Of a stretch of DNA of 64,000 nt, positions 63,529 through 64,000 are shown one piece after another; the stretch's first letter is position 1, and each line of letters opens with the position of its first letter. Source of the DNA: an uncultured Actinomycetes bacterium (GTDB taxonomy: Bacteria; Actinomycetota; Actinomycetes; Streptosporangiales; Streptosporangiaceae); NCBI GenBank assembly GCA_963758575.1, contig CAVWWE010000007.1, positions 4,764-68,763 of the forward strand. The letters are read 5' to 3'. A program made the position numbers and the translations under genes. The notes under the pieces were generated by a model. That model saw nothing but the letters and a program-made list of their open reading frames with translations. It made no database searches and had not been told where the DNA came from.

Positions 63529-64000
63529 TCATTGGCCAGACGATCGTCGGGCCGCCCACTCGTGGTCGAGGATGGACATCAGCACCTCGTCGTACCAGCG
63601 CCCGTCATGCAGCACCGACTCGCGATGACGGCCCTCCTCAACGAACCCTGCCTTTTCATAGGCGCGGATCCCGGCGGGATTGAACGGAGCCACGCTGAGC
63701 TGGATGCGGTGCAGGCCCATCTCGCGGAATCCGTAGTCAACGATGACGCGCATCGCGTCCGTGCCATAGCCGCGACCGACGTACTCACGGCCGAGGGCGA
63801 TCCCGAGCGTCGCACACCGGTCCTTGGGGCGGGCCCCCCACAACCCCATGTTGCCGACCAGCACCGGCGGGTCCCCGAGCGTCTCGATGGCGAAGCCGAG
63901 GTCGTCCTTCTCGTTCGCGGTCCAGTTCGCGATGCGCTCCCTCGCCGCAGCCTCCGACGGCGGGGCTACCCAGCTCGACAGCGTGGCCATGCGTCCCGGA
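63529..64000 (-). CDS. GNAT-family N-acetyltransferase (RimJ/RimL-like), probably 5'-partial at the window edge
   Basis: LGIALGREYVGRGYGTDAMRVIVDYGFREMGLHRIQLSVAPFNPAGIRAYEKAGFVEEG (acetyl-CoA motif A region). The frame stays open upstream of the Met at 63990 to the window end, and the usual ~30-aa N-terminus is missing. Confidence 0.8.
   Translation of the reverse strand, partial: PGRMATLSSWVAPPSEAAARERIANWTANEKDDLGFAIETLGDPPVLVGNMGLWGARPKDRCATLGIALGREYVGRGYGTDAMRVIVDYGFREMGLHRIQLSVAPFNPAGIRAYEKAGFVEEGRHRESVLHDGRWYDEVLMSILDHEWAARRSSGQ

Noticed and set aside
1-64000. Search for tRNA, rRNA, tmRNA, integrase/att sites or prophage modules.
   Set aside because: None of the intergenic regions I read (5657-6088, 10771-10986, 17222-17503, 20180-20404, 29308-29457, 31631-31933, 34147-34570, 60363-61011, 62648-63019) shows a cloverleaf-compatible GTTCGAATC-type T-arm box or rRNA-like conservation. 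No integrase or phage structural genes were seen. This was a visual scan only, so short ncRNAs could be missed.

Overview
High-GC (about 70% by eye) actinomycete-type chromosomal segment, gene-dense on both strands, with no rRNA, tRNA or CRISPR that I could recognise. Most genes are ordinary accessory metabolism and regulation: a GCS2-type ligase, cyclase-family protein, CoA-transferase plus crotonase, FolE, transaldolase, ferredoxin-reductase-like flavoprotein, GlgC, transketolase, AKR, SDR, TetR, two DHA2 MFS genes, two APH-type kinases, DUF885 and an M1 aminopeptidase. Six things deserve a second look. (1) A convergent pair of STAND NTPases lies at 44.6-50.3 kb: an AfsR/SARP-NB-ARC-TPR regulator faces a DUF4062-NB-ARC-TPR protein with NLR/Avs-like architecture. 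This is my best candidate for an uncharacterised conflict or signalling system. (2) A two-gene operon at 18.3-20.2 kb encodes a monomeric PheRS-alpha-like aaRS paralogue with an FDX-ACB-like tail and a two-Cys Asp/Glu-type racemase. It has a structured 225-nt leader and sits next to a vanadium haloperoxidase and a DUF574 methyltransferase. (3) An IS1634-family element (1766 bp, 19-bp imperfect IRs) is flanked by 439/331-bp direct repeats of the 3' end of a cNMP-binding thioredoxin-reductase-like gene. (4) A roughly 520-bp tract of exact 18-bp periodicity (degenerate hexapeptide repeats whose sense frame drifts through all three frames) is fused behind a truncated MFS gene. (5) Two paralogous Cys-rich secreted proteins of unknown family are present, one intact and one decayed. 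(6) About 14 of roughly 55 genes carry frame disruptions, several at homopolymer runs. That points to assembly indel errors or, less likely, real gene decay. It has to be resolved before any pseudogene call here is trusted. All family assignments come from motif recognition by eye, with no searches run.
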